DNA of 64,000 nt, from positions 790-64,789 of the forward strand of contig CAJWDT010000004.1 in NCBI GenBank assembly GCA_913031395.1, in the 5' to 3' direction. Within the stretch, counting starts at the first letter, position 1. Every line of letters begins with the position of its first letter. This DNA comes from an uncultured Gammaproteobacteria bacterium. Lineage in GTDB: Bacteria; Pseudomonadota; Gammaproteobacteria; Magnimaribacterales; Magnimaribacteraceae. Positions 62,961-64,000 of the stretch are shown here, in pieces. The notes under the pieces are model-generated. The model worked only from the letters and a program-made list of their open reading frames with translations, made no database searches and was not told where the DNA came from. A program made the position numbers and the translations under genes.

Positions 62961-63422
62961 ATGAATTTCTTTGACTCAGTAGTTTCAGCATATAGGAATT
63001 TCTTTAATTTCTCTGGAAGGGCGTCTAGATCCGAGTTTTGGTGGTTCTTCCTTTTTTGTATTCTTTTATATTTATTGACGATTAGTATTTCTTTTGAAGA
63101 TCTAAAATCAGCGCTTTCTTTAGCGCAGTCAAAAGATAATGATCCTTCCGAATTAGTTAAAGTTTTTTTTACTTCATGGATTGGAATGGCATTCTTAATC
63201 ACTTTTATTCCGCAAATAACTCTTTCAGTGAGAAGGTTTCATGATATTGGAAAATCTGGATGGTGGTATGTAGGCCTCCAAATAGCCCCAGGCTTATTAC
63301 CAAGTATTTTTATATTCGAATTATTATCCTTGATGGCTCTATTTCTATTTATCTTTTACATGGCCAACGAAGGCGACGAGGATAATTTTTATGGACCTAA
63401 CCCTCTAAGAAAAGAAACTTAA
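62961..63422 (+). CDS. DUF805 inner membrane protein
   Basis: FNFSGRASRSEFWWF, VRRFHDIGKSGWW, NFYGPNP. Confidence 0.92.
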   Translation: MNFFDSVVSAYRNFFNFSGRASRSEFWWFFLFCILLYLLTISISFEDLKSALSLAQSKDNDPSELVKVFFTSWIGMAFLITFIPQITLSVRRFHDIGKSGWWYVGLQIAPGLLPSIFIFELLSLMALFLFIFYMANEGDEDNFYGPNPLRKET

Positions 63423-64000
63423 TTAGCTAATCGGCGATAATAATTCTTCAGCCATTTCAACCCAGTAAGTAGCTCCTATAGGTAGTATTTCATCATTGAA
63501 ATCGTATCCTGGATTATGAATCATACATGAACCCTCCCCATCTCCATTTCCAATCCAAATATAACTACCAGGTTTTTCCTGAAGCATGTACGCAAAGTCT
63601 TCAGATCCCATACTCGGAGTAGGGGCAAGATTAACCATCGCTTCTCCTGATATTTTTTGAGCAATCTTTCCAGACAGTTCAGCCTCTTCTTTTGTATTAA
63701 CAGTCGCAGGATATCTGTGCTCAAATTCAAAAACAAAATCTGCACCATATGCAGCACAAATAGAACTGGTGATCTTCTGCATCTGAACTTCCAATTGATC
63801 TTGTACCTTTGAAGAAAAACATCTTGTGCATCCCTTGATTTCAATTTCATTAGGTATCACATTATAAGCATCACCTCCGTGAAATTGGGTTACGCTTAGA
63901 ACTACTGGTTCTTGCGGATTAATGTATCTGCTTACTATTGATTGATAAGCATCAATAATTTTAGTTCCAATAATAATTGGGTCTATCGTTGTCTGTGGCA
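63423..64000 (-). CDS. M20 family amidohydrolase (hippuricase/Acy1-like), 5' end outside window
   Basis: Frame is open to the window end (…IDPI…VLSVTQFHGGDAYNVIP); MGSEDF, IHNPGYDFND. Confidence 0.92.
   Translation of the reverse strand, partial: PQTTIDPIIIGTKIIDAYQSIVSRYINPQEPVVLSVTQFHGGDAYNVIPNEIEIKGCTRCFSSKVQDQLEVQMQKITSSICAAYGADFVFEFEHRYPATVNTKEEAELSGKIAQKISGEAMVNLAPTPSMGSEDFAYMLQEKPGSYIWIGNGDGEGSCMIHNPGYDFNDEILPIGATYWVEMAEELLSPIS

Noticed and set aside
62843-63422. tRNA-Glu (and tRNA-Leu) as island integration sites
   Set aside because: No integrase and no duplicated tRNA 3' end in the window; flanking genes are ordinary

Overview
A gene-dense, AT-rich, streamlined gammaproteobacterial chromosome segment. 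It is most likely marine SAR86-like, judged from the green proteorhodopsin sequence, tiny or overlapping intergenic spacers and Pseudomonas-like core gene order. It has about 55 CDS and two tRNAs (Leu-CAA, Glu-TTC); no mobile elements, prophage or CRISPR are visible. The left part holds hom-thrC-prfB (+1 frameshift)-lysS, mdh, lipid/organic-acid catabolic enzymes, and an uncharacterised beta-helix protein / diheme cytochrome c pair followed by a MacB-type exporter with three permeases. It continues with hydrolases around proteorhodopsin, an SdpA-like dioxygenase and nrdAB with NrdR boxes. A 361-bp AT-rich spacer with three DnaA boxes (37120-37480) is a candidate oriC. The right part is a pruned core superoperon (rpoE...recO-acpS with no nadB, rseB/C or pdxJ), queA-tgt-yajC-secDF and a YtrA operon with its operator. 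The best leads are the beta-helix/cytochrome/exporter locus, five probably leaderless mRNAs, a Fur-like box on the proteorhodopsin promoter, the candidate oriC, an RseA with an RseB-like C-terminal domain, an MDH with a specificity-loop insertion and a probable CTG start codon. All family calls come from recognising motifs by eye, not from database searches.
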